Translations under genes and position numbers: made by a program
Notes under the pieces: generated by a model
The model's database searches: none
Seen by the model: the letters and a program-made list of their open reading frames with translations, nothing else
What the model was told of the DNA's origin: nothing
Shown here: positions 1 through 9,285 of the stretch, piece by piece
Layout of the letters: the number at the start of each line of letters is the position of its first letter
Numbering within the stretch: the first letter of the stretch is position 1
NCBI GenBank assembly: GCA_964474825.1
Contig: CAYYWQ010000001.1
Location: 1,130,184-1,194,183 of the forward strand
Length of the DNA: 64,000 nucleotides
Reading direction: 5' to 3'
DNA from: an uncultured Candidatus Saccharibacteria bacterium
GTDB lineage: Bacteria; Patescibacteriota; Doudnabacteria; UBA920

Positions 1-1
1 C

Positions 2-91
2 CCACAACAAAGAAAGCGAAGACATTTAGATGAGGAATTAGCTAGAAAAGCAGCAATTAGGTCTAAGCTAGAAGAGTTAAAAGGGGAATAG
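2..91 (+). CDS. 3' end of an upstream ORF running off the window (…ELARKAAIRSKLEELKGE*)
   Basis: Open frame from the window edge to TAG at 89-91, just upstream of the next gene's RBS. No recognisable domain. Confidence 0.25.
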   Translation, partial: PQQRKRRHLDEELARKAAIRSKLEELKGE

Positions 92-100
92 TAAGATTAT

Positions 101-895
101 ATGAAAATAGCCAACCTAAAGAATTTAAAGCCTAAGAGTTTGATTGTTTTTGACTTGGACGGGACGCTTGCGCCTACTAAGGCTCAAATGGACAGTGAGA
201 TGGCAGGGTTAATTAAGCAATTGCTTAGTGTGAAAAAAGTTGCGTTAATTGGGGGCGGTAAATTACAGCTGTTTCAGCATCAATTTTTAAGCCAGTTAAA
301 AGTCCCAAAGGAGCTTTTAAAAAATTTGTCTTTGTTTCCAACTACAGGTACAACTTTTTTGCGCTATCAAAGTGGTTGGAAAAAAGTCTACGCGCACAAT
401 TTAACTAAAGCCGAGGTTAAGCAAATCACCGAAGCTGTTAAGCGGGTTTTAGAGGAAATTAAATACAAGCCCGCGGCTAAAACTTATGGAAAAATTCTGG
501 AAAACCGCGGCAGTCAAGTAAGTTGGTCTGCGTTAGGCCAGGATGTAGTTAAGGTTTTGGGGGAAAAGGGAATAGATTTAAAAAACAAATGGCGCGAGGA
601 AAACACTCCACTTAAATTAAAAATTGCCAAACATTTAAGAAAATATTTACCAAACCTGGAAGTCCATGCTGCCGGCCACACCACAATAGACGTTACTAAA
701 AAGGGTATAGACAAAGGCTATGGCCTGCGCCAAATGGAAAAGTATTTAAAGGTGAAAATAAAAGACATGCTGTTTGTTGGCGACGCTATTTTCCCTGGCG
801 GTAATGACTACGCGGTAGTAAGAACAGGTGTAGATTATTTCCCAGTTAAAGACCCGGAAGACACAAAGAAGATTATTAGAGAGGTTCTTAAATAA
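101..895 (+). CDS. HAD-superfamily hydrolase, subfamily IIB-like (phosphomannomutase/sugar-phosphatase type)
   Basis: N-terminal 'VFDLDGTL' HAD motif I. C-terminal 'VGDAIFPGGNDY' motif IV-like. Size is about 264 aa. Confidence 0.7.
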   Translation: MKIANLKNLKPKSLIVFDLDGTLAPTKAQMDSEMAGLIKQLLSVKKVALIGGGKLQLFQHQFLSQLKVPKELLKNLSLFPTTGTTFLRYQSGWKKVYAHNLTKAEVKQITEAVKRVLEEIKYKPAAKTYGKILENRGSQVSWSALGQDVVKVLGEKGIDLKNKWREENTPLKLKIAKHLRKYLPNLEVHAAGHTTIDVTKKGIDKGYGLRQMEKYLKVKIKDMLFVGDAIFPGGNDYAVVRTGVDYFPVKDPEDTKKIIREVLK

Positions 896-932
896 TTTCT
901 TCTACAAAATAAAAAACCTCGTAAGAGGTGAG

Positions 933-968
933 GAGGTCGGCGAGCTTGGCCGACCTCCGTTTTTGTTT
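933..968. terminator. Rho-independent terminator shared by convergent genes
   Basis: Perfect hairpin ggaggtcggc-gagctt-gccgacctcc followed by gtttttgttt, with an A-run upstream (bidirectional). Confidence 0.6.
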
Positions 969-970
969 CA

Positions 971-1255
971 TTAGGCAACTGCCTTTCTTGGCGGCATTTC
1001 TGCAGCTGTTTCTTCGACGATCCGCCAGTTGGCAAGCCCGTCGAATAAGAAGAAGCAGTCGCGTGGGAGTTCCTCGGCCTCTAGGTCGAGATGGAGGGTG
1101 GAGCCAACGGGGTCGGGTCGGCACCGAACCTTGGTTTTAGGGAGATTAGTTCCCCAAAGTATTCCGAAGTCCGGATCTGTCCGGTTCCAGAAGAATCCGC
1201 GAAGAGCGGCCCACATGAAAAGTTGAGATTCAAACTGAAGTCGCAGGTGAATCAT
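971..1255 (-). CDS. Hypothetical 94-aa protein in a GC-rich (~55%) islet
   Basis: Strong SD (AAGGAGGT, 5 nt before ATG) on the minus strand. The ORF fills the space between two terminators. Local GC is much higher than in flanking genes. No recognisable domain. Confidence 0.4.
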   Translation of the reverse strand: MIHLRLQFESQLFMWAALRGFFWNRTDPDFGILWGTNLPKTKVRCRPDPVGSTLHLDLEAEELPRDCFFLFDGLANWRIVEETAAEMPPRKAVA

Positions 1256-1311
1256 AGCGACCTCCTTTGCTTAAGAGTATATTCCTAAATTTATATTTAT
1301 ACAAATCAAAT

Positions 1312-1343
1312 AAAATACCCCCGCCAAGGCGGGGGTATTTTAC
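1312..1343. terminator. Bidirectional rho-independent terminator downstream of trpS
   Basis: aaaatacccccgcc-aa-ggcgggggtatttt hairpin flanked by A and T tracts. Confidence 0.6.
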
Positions 1344-1350
1344 AATAAAT

Positions 1351-2331
1351 TTATAGCAAGCCGATCTTTTGTTTTACTTCTACTAACGTTTCCTGCGCGA
1401 CTTTTTTTGCCTTGTGTGCGCCTTCTCCTAAGACTTCGGCCAAGTATTCGGGTTTAGATAGGAATTCTTTTTTCTTTTCCCTAAACTCTGCAAAGTAATC
1501 GGCTATGGATTTAGCCAGGGATTCTTTAAGTTCGCTGAATTTTAGGGTTTCTGCTCTTTGCGCGTCACGGAAATAACTTATTTGTTCCTGGTCTCCAAAA
1601 TGTTCTAAAAGTACAAATAAATTTTCTACTCCCTGGGACTGTTTACCGGCTTCGCTTGCAGTTACGGATTTTTTAAGTTTTTCCATTATTTCTTTTGGTT
1701 CATCATCAAGGAATAAGCAGCCGGCAGGGGAGGACTTGGACATTTTTTTGTCCGGCTGCTTAAGGTCCATAACTTTGGGGAACTTGGTCCACAGCGGTTC
1801 TATTTCTTTAAAGAATTGCCCAAAACGGTTGTTAAATTTTCTGGCAATAACATTGGTCAGTTCCAAATGCTGCTTTTGGTCAATGCCAACTGGGACAAAA
1901 TTGGCTTTGTAAACCAAAATGTCCGCGGCCATAAGTACTGGGTAGTCAAACAAACCCATGTTAATGTTCTTGGCCTGCTTTTGGGATTTGTCTTTAAACT
2001 GAGTCATGCGTTCCATTTCCGCAACAGGAGTAATGCAGTTAAAAATCCAGGCCAATTCTGTGTGTTCCGGAATTTGGGACTGCAAAAATATTGTAGATTT
2101 GTTTGGGTCTACTCCGGCTGCCAAAAAATTAGCAAGCAAATCCAAAGTCATTCCCTTTTTTTCTTTGGGCTCGTAGTCCTCGCTAATGGAATGGTAGTCT
2201 ACCAAAGTAAAAAAACAATTATACTTCTCAGTATTTTGCAGTGTTACAAAATTAGAAAGCGCCCCTAAATAATTGCCAATATGCAATTTGCCCGAAGGCT
2301 GTATACCCGAAACTATGGTTGGTTTAGTCAT
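1351..2331 (-). CDS. trpS: Tryptophan--tRNA ligase
   Basis: Class I aaRS 'HIGN' (…GKLHIGNYLGA…) and 'KMSKS' motifs. 326 aa, the typical TrpS size. Confidence 0.9.
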   Translation of the reverse strand: MTKPTIVSGIQPSGKLHIGNYLGALSNFVTLQNTEKYNCFFTLVDYHSISEDYEPKEKKGMTLDLLANFLAAGVDPNKSTIFLQSQIPEHTELAWIFNCITPVAEMERMTQFKDKSQKQAKNINMGLFDYPVLMAADILVYKANFVPVGIDQKQHLELTNVIARKFNNRFGQFFKEIEPLWTKFPKVMDLKQPDKKMSKSSPAGCLFLDDEPKEIMEKLKKSVTASEAGKQSQGVENLFVLLEHFGDQEQISYFRDAQRAETLKFSELKESLAKSIADYFAEFREKKKEFLSKPEYLAEVLGEGAHKAKKVAQETLVEVKQKIGLL

Positions 2332-2376
2332 ATAGTAGATTATATCAAAAAACTCCCCAAAAGGGGAGTTTTAAGT

Positions 2377-4206
2377 TTAGACTTCAATTACTACCGGTAA
2401 TACCATTGGTCGTCTCTCTGTTTTCTGGTAAAGGTATTCACCAATTTCATCTCGAATAACATTTCTCAAGTAAGCCCAGTTGGGTTCTAGTTTTTCTTTG
2501 CCTTTGCTTTCAACTAGTTTGCGGACTTCGTGTTTAACTTCTCTTATTAAATCGTCGTTGCCTTTCATATAAATAAAGCCGCGGGAAATAATGTCGGGTT
2601 GGTTAACGAGTTTTCCGCTTCGTCTGTCCAAAGTCATAATAATTACGAACATTCCGTCTTGCGCCATAACTTGGCGGTCGCGAATAACAACTTCGCCAAC
2701 ATCGCCCACACCAAGGCCGTCTATAAAGACATAGCCGCTGGCTATTTTAGGGTCTTCTACAATTTTGGCGTCGCGCGCGGTGTTAAGTTCCAGAATTTGG
2801 CCATTGTCCAAAGTAAAAATGTTGGTGTCAGGAATACCCATGGTTTTAGCGAGCTCAGCGTGAGCTACTATCATGTGGTGCTCACCGTGAATAGGCATAA
2901 AATATTTGGGTTTGACCAAAGCCATCATTAACTTTAATTCTTCCTGCTGGGCGTGTCCGGAAGTGTGGATGTCCAAAGTTTTGTTGTAAATTACGTGCGA
3001 GCCAAGACGTGTTAAGTTGGACAACATGGTTGAAATGGCGCGCTCGTTGCCAGGAATGGGGGAGGCAGAAACAATTGTGGTGTCGCCCTTTTTAATTTTA
3101 ACTGTTTTGTGGTCGCCGCGGGCAATGCGGGCAAGTCCTGCCGCGTCTTCACCCTGGGCGCCGGTGGTTAAAATAACTATTTGGTTGTCCGGCAGTTTTT
3201 TAGCTTGCTCAGACTTTAAAATAATTTTTGGCTGAATTTTAAGGTAACCCAAAGACAGCGCGATTTCAATATTGTTGACCATAGAGCGGCCGGTAACAAT
3301 AACTTTGCGGTTGTATTTGGCTGCGGCGTCAAACACTTGCTGAATACGGGAAATACTGGTACTAAAGTTGGCAAAAATAATTCTGCCTCTTATGTCGCCA
3401 AAGGTTCTGTCTATAGTAATGCCCAATTCGCGTTCGGAAATACAATAGCCGGGCTTGGTCGCATTCGTAGAGTCGGACATTAAAAGCAAAACGCCTTCAG
3501 CGCCGAATTTGGCAATTTTGTCGAATTCCGTAGGCTTTCCGTCTACAGGCGTGTGGTCAAATTTCCAGTCCGTGGCGTAAACAATTTGACCTACCGGAGT
3601 GGTAATGCATAAGCCCATACCGTCCGGGATGCTGTGGTTAGTGCGAAAAAAACGTACTTTAAAATTACCAAGTGACAAAACATCGTCTTTGGTTAATACG
3701 TTTATTTTGGAGCGTCCTAAAACACCGAATTCTTCCAAACGCTTTTTGGTAAAGGCTGCGGTTAAGGCCATGGTGTAAACGGGCGGGTCTCCAAGTTTAG
3801 GGAGAATGTAAGGCACGGCGCCAATGTGGTCTAAGTGACCGTGAGTTAAAATAACTCCGCGAATACGTTTGCGGTTTTCTTCCAGCCATTTGGTGTCCGG
3901 AATAATATAGTCAATGCCGGGCATAGTGTCGTCCGGAAAAGCCAGACCCATGTCTATTACAATTAGGTCGTTGCCGTATTCCAATACGGTCATGTTTTCT
4001 CCGACTTCTTCAATACCGCCCATCGGGATGATGCGCAGGTTCTGGCGGGAAGCCGTGTATGGGCTGGTGGCGGCCGCGGTTTGCGGGTTTAGGCCAGTAG
4101 CCTTGTTTATGAGCATATCCAAACGGTCAGTGCCGCCGTGGGGGTTATGCTGGTTGCTGCCCGGGGCGTTTTGTGGCCGCGGCACAGGCATGTTTTTTCT
4201 CATCAT
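2377..4206 (-). CDS. rnj: Ribonuclease J (metallo-beta-lactamase/beta-CASP RNase)
   Basis: 'ILTHGHLDHIGA' MBL motif and beta-CASP region. An N-terminal low-complexity extension of about 55 aa means the true start may be internal. Confidence 0.85.
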   Translation of the reverse strand: MMRKNMPVPRPQNAPGSNQHNPHGGTDRLDMLINKATGLNPQTAAATSPYTASRQNLRIIPMGGIEEVGENMTVLEYGNDLIVIDMGLAFPDDTMPGIDYIIPDTKWLEENRKRIRGVILTHGHLDHIGAVPYILPKLGDPPVYTMALTAAFTKKRLEEFGVLGRSKINVLTKDDVLSLGNFKVRFFRTNHSIPDGMGLCITTPVGQIVYATDWKFDHTPVDGKPTEFDKIAKFGAEGVLLLMSDSTNATKPGYCISERELGITIDRTFGDIRGRIIFANFSTSISRIQQVFDAAAKYNRKVIVTGRSMVNNIEIALSLGYLKIQPKIILKSEQAKKLPDNQIVILTTGAQGEDAAGLARIARGDHKTVKIKKGDTTIVSASPIPGNERAISTMLSNLTRLGSHVIYNKTLDIHTSGHAQQEELKLMMALVKPKYFMPIHGEHHMIVAHAELAKTMGIPDTNIFTLDNGQILELNTARDAKIVEDPKIASGYVFIDGLGVGDVGEVVIRDRQVMAQDGMFVIIMTLDRRSGKLVNQPDIISRGFIYMKGNDDLIREVKHEVRKLVESKGKEKLEPNWAYLRNVIRDEIGEYLYQKTERRPMVLPVVIEV

Positions 4207-4492
4207 GTCTAAAAATTGTTCTGCCTATTTGCGTTCTAGGCTAAATTAATATTAGTTTATCAATCAGTCTAAAGACCGTGATAAATCTTTTACAGTGGCT
4301 TACTGGGCCGACCATTAAAAGATTTGCTCGCAATTAGCAAATGCCAAATAAAAAAAGATTTTTTATGAGAAATTTGATAACTGATTTTTGCTTTATTTCA
4401 AGACGTTGCTAACCGTTTCTATAATTATACACTGTTAAGGGATTTTTGTCAATGTTGTAACTAGATGGCCGAAGGCCACGAGCGAAGCCTTA

Positions 4493-4579
4493 TGGTGCCG
4501 CGGGAGGGACTTGAACCCTCACGACCTTGCGGTCATACGCACCTGAAGCGTACGTGTATGCCAATTCCACCACCGCGGC
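4493..4579 (-). tRNA. tRNA-Leu (anticodon CAG), type II with long variable arm, CCA encoded
   Basis: Reverse complement folds as a cloverleaf: acceptor GCCGCGG/CCGCGGC, anticodon stem TACGC/GCGTA with loop TTCAGGT, long variable arm, T-loop GGTTCAAGTCC, 3' CCA. Confidence 0.85.
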
Positions 4580-4665
4580 GTGAATTCAGTATAAAGTAAA
4601 AAGTTGAAAGTTAAAAGTATTTTTTATATCTGCGCCATCTGTTTCTATCTGCGTATCTGTGGTTT

Positions 4666-6417
4666 TTATTTCCACTCCCTGCTCTGTTCCGTATACCAGT
4701 TGTTTATATCGTAAAAGCGCTGGCTTGGGTCGAATAGGGTTTTTATGCCAATGTTTTTTATGTTAGGTTCAAGCGCGTAAATATAGACGGCTTGGTCCAG
4801 TAAAATAACGGCGTTTTTAGAAGCAATTATGCCGTCCAGCTGTTGGTATTTTTCGTTGCGCGCTGCCTGGTCGGTTGTAGCGCGGGCGTCGTTAATAAGT
4901 TTGTCTAAGTTAGGGTCCGCAAGGCCGGTTAAATTAAAGCCAGGGTCTTTTATTTGGCTGCTGTGCCAAAAAGGGAAAGGGTCTGGGTCGGCGTTGAATT
5001 TTTCCGGGAACAATAAAACATCAAATTGGCGCGGACGGATAACCTGGTCAGTGAGCTGTTTGCTTGGGACTACGGTTAAGTTAATTTTTATGTTGAGTTT
5101 GCGCCATTGCTGGGCTAAGATGTCCGCGGCCTGGGAGTTTAGGGAGGAATCGTTGGTAATTAAGTTAAGTTCCAGGACCTGTTTGCTCTTTGTGCGAAGA
5201 TTGGTGACAGCGTCAATTTTCCATCCATCCTGGTCCAGTAGTTGGTTGGCTCCTGTTATGTCCGGCTGAGCCGACAGGGGGTTGGAAGACAGTCCCTGGC
5301 TTAAAAGTAGAGGGGAAGTGGGCAGCAGGGCCTGGCCGTTAAAAACAGTGTTAATAATTTCCCGGCGGTCCACGGCCTGGCTTAAAGCTTGTCTTACGTT
5401 ACCGTTGCTTAAAATTTTATTGCTTAAATTAAAAAATACAGCCTGGTACTGAGGGAGGGGAAGTTTGAGGATTTGCGAATCGCTGCGGTCTTTGTCAGGC
5501 TCTACAGTACCGCCCAAAGAAACAAAACCAAAGCCTTGGATTTGTCCGCTGTGCAGGGCGTTTTTTGCGTCCTGGTCAGAGTCATAAAATTTTATGGTCA
5601 GGGTGGAGATTTTGGGAGCGCCTCCGTAAAAATCACCAAACGCTTCCAGGGTAATTTGTCCAACTTTGCCGCTGGTGAGCTTGGTTATTTCCTTAATGGC
5701 GTAAGGGCCGCTGCCCACGGCTTTCAGGTTGGTTTCTGAGAGTAAAAAGTTTTGTCCGTTAACCTTTCCCCAAATAGCTTTAGGTAAAATGGGCAGAGTC
5801 AGGTTTTGAATAAAAGGTCCGGAGGCGTTTTTTAAGGTAAATTTTACGGTAAAGTCATCAACTTTTTCCACTGTGGTGGTTTGCCACATTACGCGCAGCG
5901 GACTTTTAAAATTGGGGTCCTGGAGGGTTTGGATGGTAAAGAGTATGTCGTCGGCGGTTACGGGTTTACCATTTTGCCACTTGGCATTTTTTTTCAAAGT
6001 TACGGTGTACTGTTTTAGGTCTTCGGAAATCTGGGGTTGGGCTTCGGCTAAGTCAGGCACCAGCTGGCCGTTGCCGTCGTATTTATAGAGTCCGGAAAAA
6101 ACCAGTTTGGTTAAAGACAGGTCGGGTTCCATACGGGCCAGTACCGGATTAATGTAGGTTGGTTGTCCTACTAATCCTTCACTGTATTCGCCGCCATTGG
6201 CCGGTACTGCAACGGAATGATTGTAATAAAAGTTTTTAACTGACAGGTACAAGTTGGCAAATGCCAAAAGCAGTAAGACTATTACGGCGATTTTTTCCCG
6301 TTTGCCCATTAAAGAAAAAACTTTCCGCAAGTGGGAAAGGCGAAGGTTTTTTATCTGTTTAGCGCCGGTGTAAACTTGCTTGCTAAAAGATATTAAGTTT
6401 TGGAACAAATCGGTCAT
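4666..6417 (-). CDS. ABC transporter substrate-binding protein, family 5 (oligopeptide/dipeptide-binding-like), N-terminal membrane anchor
   Basis: Length and composition typical of SBP_bac_5 proteins. One N-terminal TM helix. No cognate permease in the window. Confidence 0.7.
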   Translation of the reverse strand: MTDLFQNLISFSKQVYTGAKQIKNLRLSHLRKVFSLMGKREKIAVIVLLLLAFANLYLSVKNFYYNHSVAVPANGGEYSEGLVGQPTYINPVLARMEPDLSLTKLVFSGLYKYDGNGQLVPDLAEAQPQISEDLKQYTVTLKKNAKWQNGKPVTADDILFTIQTLQDPNFKSPLRVMWQTTTVEKVDDFTVKFTLKNASGPFIQNLTLPILPKAIWGKVNGQNFLLSETNLKAVGSGPYAIKEITKLTSGKVGQITLEAFGDFYGGAPKISTLTIKFYDSDQDAKNALHSGQIQGFGFVSLGGTVEPDKDRSDSQILKLPLPQYQAVFFNLSNKILSNGNVRQALSQAVDRREIINTVFNGQALLPTSPLLLSQGLSSNPLSAQPDITGANQLLDQDGWKIDAVTNLRTKSKQVLELNLITNDSSLNSQAADILAQQWRKLNIKINLTVVPSKQLTDQVIRPRQFDVLLFPEKFNADPDPFPFWHSSQIKDPGFNLTGLADPNLDKLINDARATTDQAARNEKYQQLDGIIASKNAVILLDQAVYIYALEPNIKNIGIKTLFDPSQRFYDINNWYTEQSREWK

Positions 6418-6420
6418 TGC

Positions 6421-6642
6421 TTACTTAAGGAGCAAGAGGGCGATGTTTATACCAACGAATAAAATTCCTAAAATAATGGTTGCGTAAAAGAGCCATTTTT
6501 CAAAACCCCGGCGTGTCTGGACTATGTTACCGGCTCCGCCGAAAACATTGGAAAGCCCGGCAGACTTGTTTTGCAGGCTAATGACAACTATGAGGACAAC
6601 CATAACCAGAATGTCCAAAAAGGTGAAAATTGGGTGTTTCAT
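6421..6642 (-). CDS. secG: Preprotein translocase subunit SecG
   Basis: 73 aa with two TM helices and the conserved 'LSNVFGGAG' glycine-rich loop typical of SecG. Confidence 0.75.
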   Translation of the reverse strand: MKHPIFTFLDILVMVVLIVVISLQNKSAGLSNVFGGAGNIVQTRRGFEKWLFYATIILGILFVGINIALLLLK

Positions 6643-6748
6643 ATGAGTTCAAAAAGATCTTGATTATTATACTAGAGTTGGGAGGTTGTGTCAAAAGTCC
6701 GTGGTCCTGCGAAAGGCGCGGTTTTTTAAGGATGTTCCGGGCATTGTG

Positions 6749-8599
6749 CTATAACTGTTGGGATATTAGTAATGCGATCCGCTCTCCAACTATTTCAGAT
6801 AAATCATCAAATTTAGTTTTGCGAATATTGGCCACTGTGCCGAATTTTTGTTTAAGGAGTTTTTTGGTTTTAGGGCCAATGCCTGGGATGTCGTCCAGCG
6901 CGGAGCGGACAGCTTGTTTGGACCGAAGCGAGCGGTGGTAAGTTATGCCAAACCTGTGAGCTTCGTCGCGCAGTCTTTGTAAAAGCTGGAGTGCGGGACT
7001 AGTGTGCGGGAGGATGATGGAGTCAGATTTTCCAGGCTGAAAAATTTCTTCTATTCTTTTTGCTAATCCAATAGTAGGGAGTAGGGGGTAGGGGGTAGCT
7101 TGTAGGATTTCCACTGCGGCTGAAAGTTGTCCTTTGCCCCCGTCTATTACTATTAGGTCTGGCACGGGCCACTGCAGTTTTGCTGATCCGCTGATCCGCT
7201 GATTAGCTGATTTACTGACTCTCGCCATGCGGCGAGAAAACATCTCACGCATCATTGCAAAATCGTCCGGCGTCTTCTTGGTTTTTATGCGAAATTTGCG
7301 GTATTCGCTCTTTTTGGGCAGACCCTTTTCAAACACCACCATGCTGCCCACAGCATTGGTGCCTTGTATGTTTGAAATGTCGTAGCATTCTATGCGGTCC
7401 GGAGTTTTTTCTAATTTTAAAACATCTTTTAGCTCTCCCAGCGCCTGGTTAATTTTGTCCAAATGTCCGGCTTGGCTTTGCAACCAGTTTTTTAAATATT
7501 CCTGCGCGTTGGTTTGTCCAAGTTTTGCTAATTCCCGAGCTTTGCCTTTTTGGGGCGTGGTGATGGTAACTTTTTTGTCGAACCTGGATTTAACAATATG
7601 CGCAACTAATTCAGAATCATCAGCATGGGTTTGGGTGTAAATTATTTTAGGGATACTGGAAGTTTCCAAATAATATTTTTCCAAAAACTTTTGTAATGTT
7701 TCCATTCTGTAGGCATCCGTAGTGTTTTTATTCTGTAGTTCCGTAGCCATTTCGTATATAAAATTTTCCTTGTCAAACAATTTCCCGTCACGCACCTTAA
7801 AAAGGTTCACGCAAGCATAGCCGCTGTCTTCGGCCACGGAAACAATGTCCCAGTCAACTTTTTTGGTTAAAATTACGGTTTGTTTTTCATCCAGTAGTTC
7901 CAGACTCCTTAGTTGGTCGCGCATTTTAGCGGCTTTTTCGAACAAACGCTGCGCAGACGCGGCTTTCATTTCCACTTTTACTTCTTGTTTAACCTTGGCG
8001 GTGCGGCCGGACAAGAAGTAGCAAATTTTTTCCAGTTGTTGTTTGTATTCATCCAGTGTTATTTTTCCAACACAAACACCCGGGCAGCGGTGTAAATAAT
8101 AGTAGAAGCACGGCCTGGTGCTTATTTTTTGCGCGCTGCAATAGGGAAATATACGCCTTACTAAATGAAGGGTACTGCGGATTTTGTAGGCTGCGGTGTA
8201 GGGGCCGAAGAGAGAGCTTTTAGCTTTGCTTATTGTAGAGTCAACTTTCCTCACAACTTCAATTTGGGGGATTTCGGTTTCGTAATTAATTTTTATGAAC
8301 GCATAGTTTTTATCGTCCCTCAGCATTATGTTGTAGCGCGGCAAATATTTTTTTATGAGCGTGTTTTCCAAATACAAACTTTCCAGTTCGCTATTTACAA
8401 CCGTGTATTCAAAGTCTGCCGCCTCTGCCATTAAATAGGGGATTTGTTCCCGCGTATCGTGCCCGGAAAAATATTGGTTAACCCTATTTTTTAAGTTTTT
8501 TGCCTTCCCAACATAAATAACCTCGCCATTTGAATTTTTAAACTCGTAAACGCCGGGTTGTTTGGGTAAGTCTTTAAGTTTTTCTTTTAGTTTGTCCAT
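6749..8599 (-). CDS. uvrC: Excinuclease ABC subunit C (UvrC)
   Basis: N-terminal GIY-YIG ('PGVYEFKNSNGEVIYVGKAKNLKNRVNQYF'), UvrBC-interaction region, C-terminal RNase H-like/HhH domains. 616 aa. Confidence 0.9.
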   Translation of the reverse strand: MDKLKEKLKDLPKQPGVYEFKNSNGEVIYVGKAKNLKNRVNQYFSGHDTREQIPYLMAEAADFEYTVVNSELESLYLENTLIKKYLPRYNIMLRDDKNYAFIKINYETEIPQIEVVRKVDSTISKAKSSLFGPYTAAYKIRSTLHLVRRIFPYCSAQKISTRPCFYYYLHRCPGVCVGKITLDEYKQQLEKICYFLSGRTAKVKQEVKVEMKAASAQRLFEKAAKMRDQLRSLELLDEKQTVILTKKVDWDIVSVAEDSGYACVNLFKVRDGKLFDKENFIYEMATELQNKNTTDAYRMETLQKFLEKYYLETSSIPKIIYTQTHADDSELVAHIVKSRFDKKVTITTPQKGKARELAKLGQTNAQEYLKNWLQSQAGHLDKINQALGELKDVLKLEKTPDRIECYDISNIQGTNAVGSMVVFEKGLPKKSEYRKFRIKTKKTPDDFAMMREMFSRRMARVSKSANQRISGSAKLQWPVPDLIVIDGGKGQLSAAVEILQATPYPLLPTIGLAKRIEEIFQPGKSDSIILPHTSPALQLLQRLRDEAHRFGITYHRSLRSKQAVRSALDDIPGIGPKTKKLLKQKFGTVANIRKTKFDDLSEIVGERIALLISQQL

Positions 8600-8658
8600 G
8601 TTCTTTAATTATAATTAAGGCTAGACAGAAAGTCTATAAAAATATAATCTTCCAGTAA

Positions 8659-8760
8659 TGAAAAAGTGGCTGTTGTTTTTTGCGGCAATTGTGGTGGCCG
8701 TTGTTGTGGTCCCCATAGGGATACCCCTAGGTACAGGGGTGATGAAGAAAAAGGAATAGG
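8659..8760 (+). CDS. Possible 33-aa hydrophobic peptide (MKKWLLFFAAIVVAVVVVPIGIPLGTGVMKKKE), absent from the ORF track because shorter than 60 aa
   Basis: ATG-initiated ORF with a signal-peptide/TM-like core in the GC-enriched region downstream of uvrC. Could be the remnant of a frameshifted gene (see findings). Confidence 0.2.
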
Positions 8761-8789
8761 AGGATAAGGCCATAGACGAAGACGCTGTT

Positions 8790-9092
8790 TTGAAGGGGTT
8801 GGTATTTGCGGTTGCCATATTCATGACCGGAATGGTTTTTTCCGACCATGAGAAGGTCCTGGCTTTCCGGCGGCGGCGTAAAGAAAAGGCTTACCGCAAG
8901 AAGTTCGTTATGCGGCGGCGGCGCATGGGTCAGGAATACCTGCGGTTCCTTGAGAGCTGCCGGCAACCCAAAAAGCCGTTTTTTATTCGCGTGTGGTGCA
9001 CTGCTGTCTATTTGGACCTGGTTTCATTCCGGGCTCGCATGTCAGCGGTTACTCCTCAGCGCGTGGTCATTGAGGATGAAGACGAAGACTAG
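8790..9092 (+). CDS. Hypothetical protein (TTG start; TM helix followed by Arg-rich segment and acidic tail) in a GC-rich islet
   Basis: 100-aa ORF in GC-rich DNA. It lies in a different frame from the preceding small hydrophobic ORF. No recognisable domain. GC-rich DNA inflates random ORFs, so confidence is low. Confidence 0.25.
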   Translation: MKGLVFAVAIFMTGMVFSDHEKVLAFRRRRKEKAYRKKFVMRRRRMGQEYLRFLESCRQPKKPFFIRVWCTAVYLDLVSFRARMSAVTPQRVVIEDEDED

Positions 9093-9130
9093 CTCAGACT
9101 GTCGTGAGACGGGCTGAGCTTTTTGCATAA

Positions 9131-9156
9131 AAAAACCCGCCTTTTTGGCGGTTTTA
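9131..9156 (+). terminator. Rho-independent terminator
   Basis: aaaaacccgcc-ttttt-ggcggtttta hairpin plus T-run. Confidence 0.5.
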
Positions 9157-9285
9157 TAATGAGCTGATATTTTTTACTTACCCTTTAATTTTAGCATAGG
9201 CAGGCTAATTCGTCGAGCCTGGCCTTTTTTACGACCATTGAATTTGAACAGTCTGTTTACTAATATGTATATGTAAGGAGGATCT

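Noticed and set aside
928-1226. Plus-strand ORFs 928-1140 and 1029-1226 in the first GC-rich islet
   Set aside because: They overlap the terminator hairpin or lack an SD. The minus-strand 94-aa ORF has a perfect AAGGAGGT SD and fits between the terminators.
1816-2268. 150-aa ORF antisense to trpS
   Set aside because: Entirely inside a well-supported conserved gene on the opposite strand. Low-complexity translation.
7150-7215. CRISPR array
   Set aside because: The only tandem repeats in the window are short degenerate heptamers inside uvrC, plus low-complexity protein-coding repeats. There are no spacer-repeat arrays and no cas genes.
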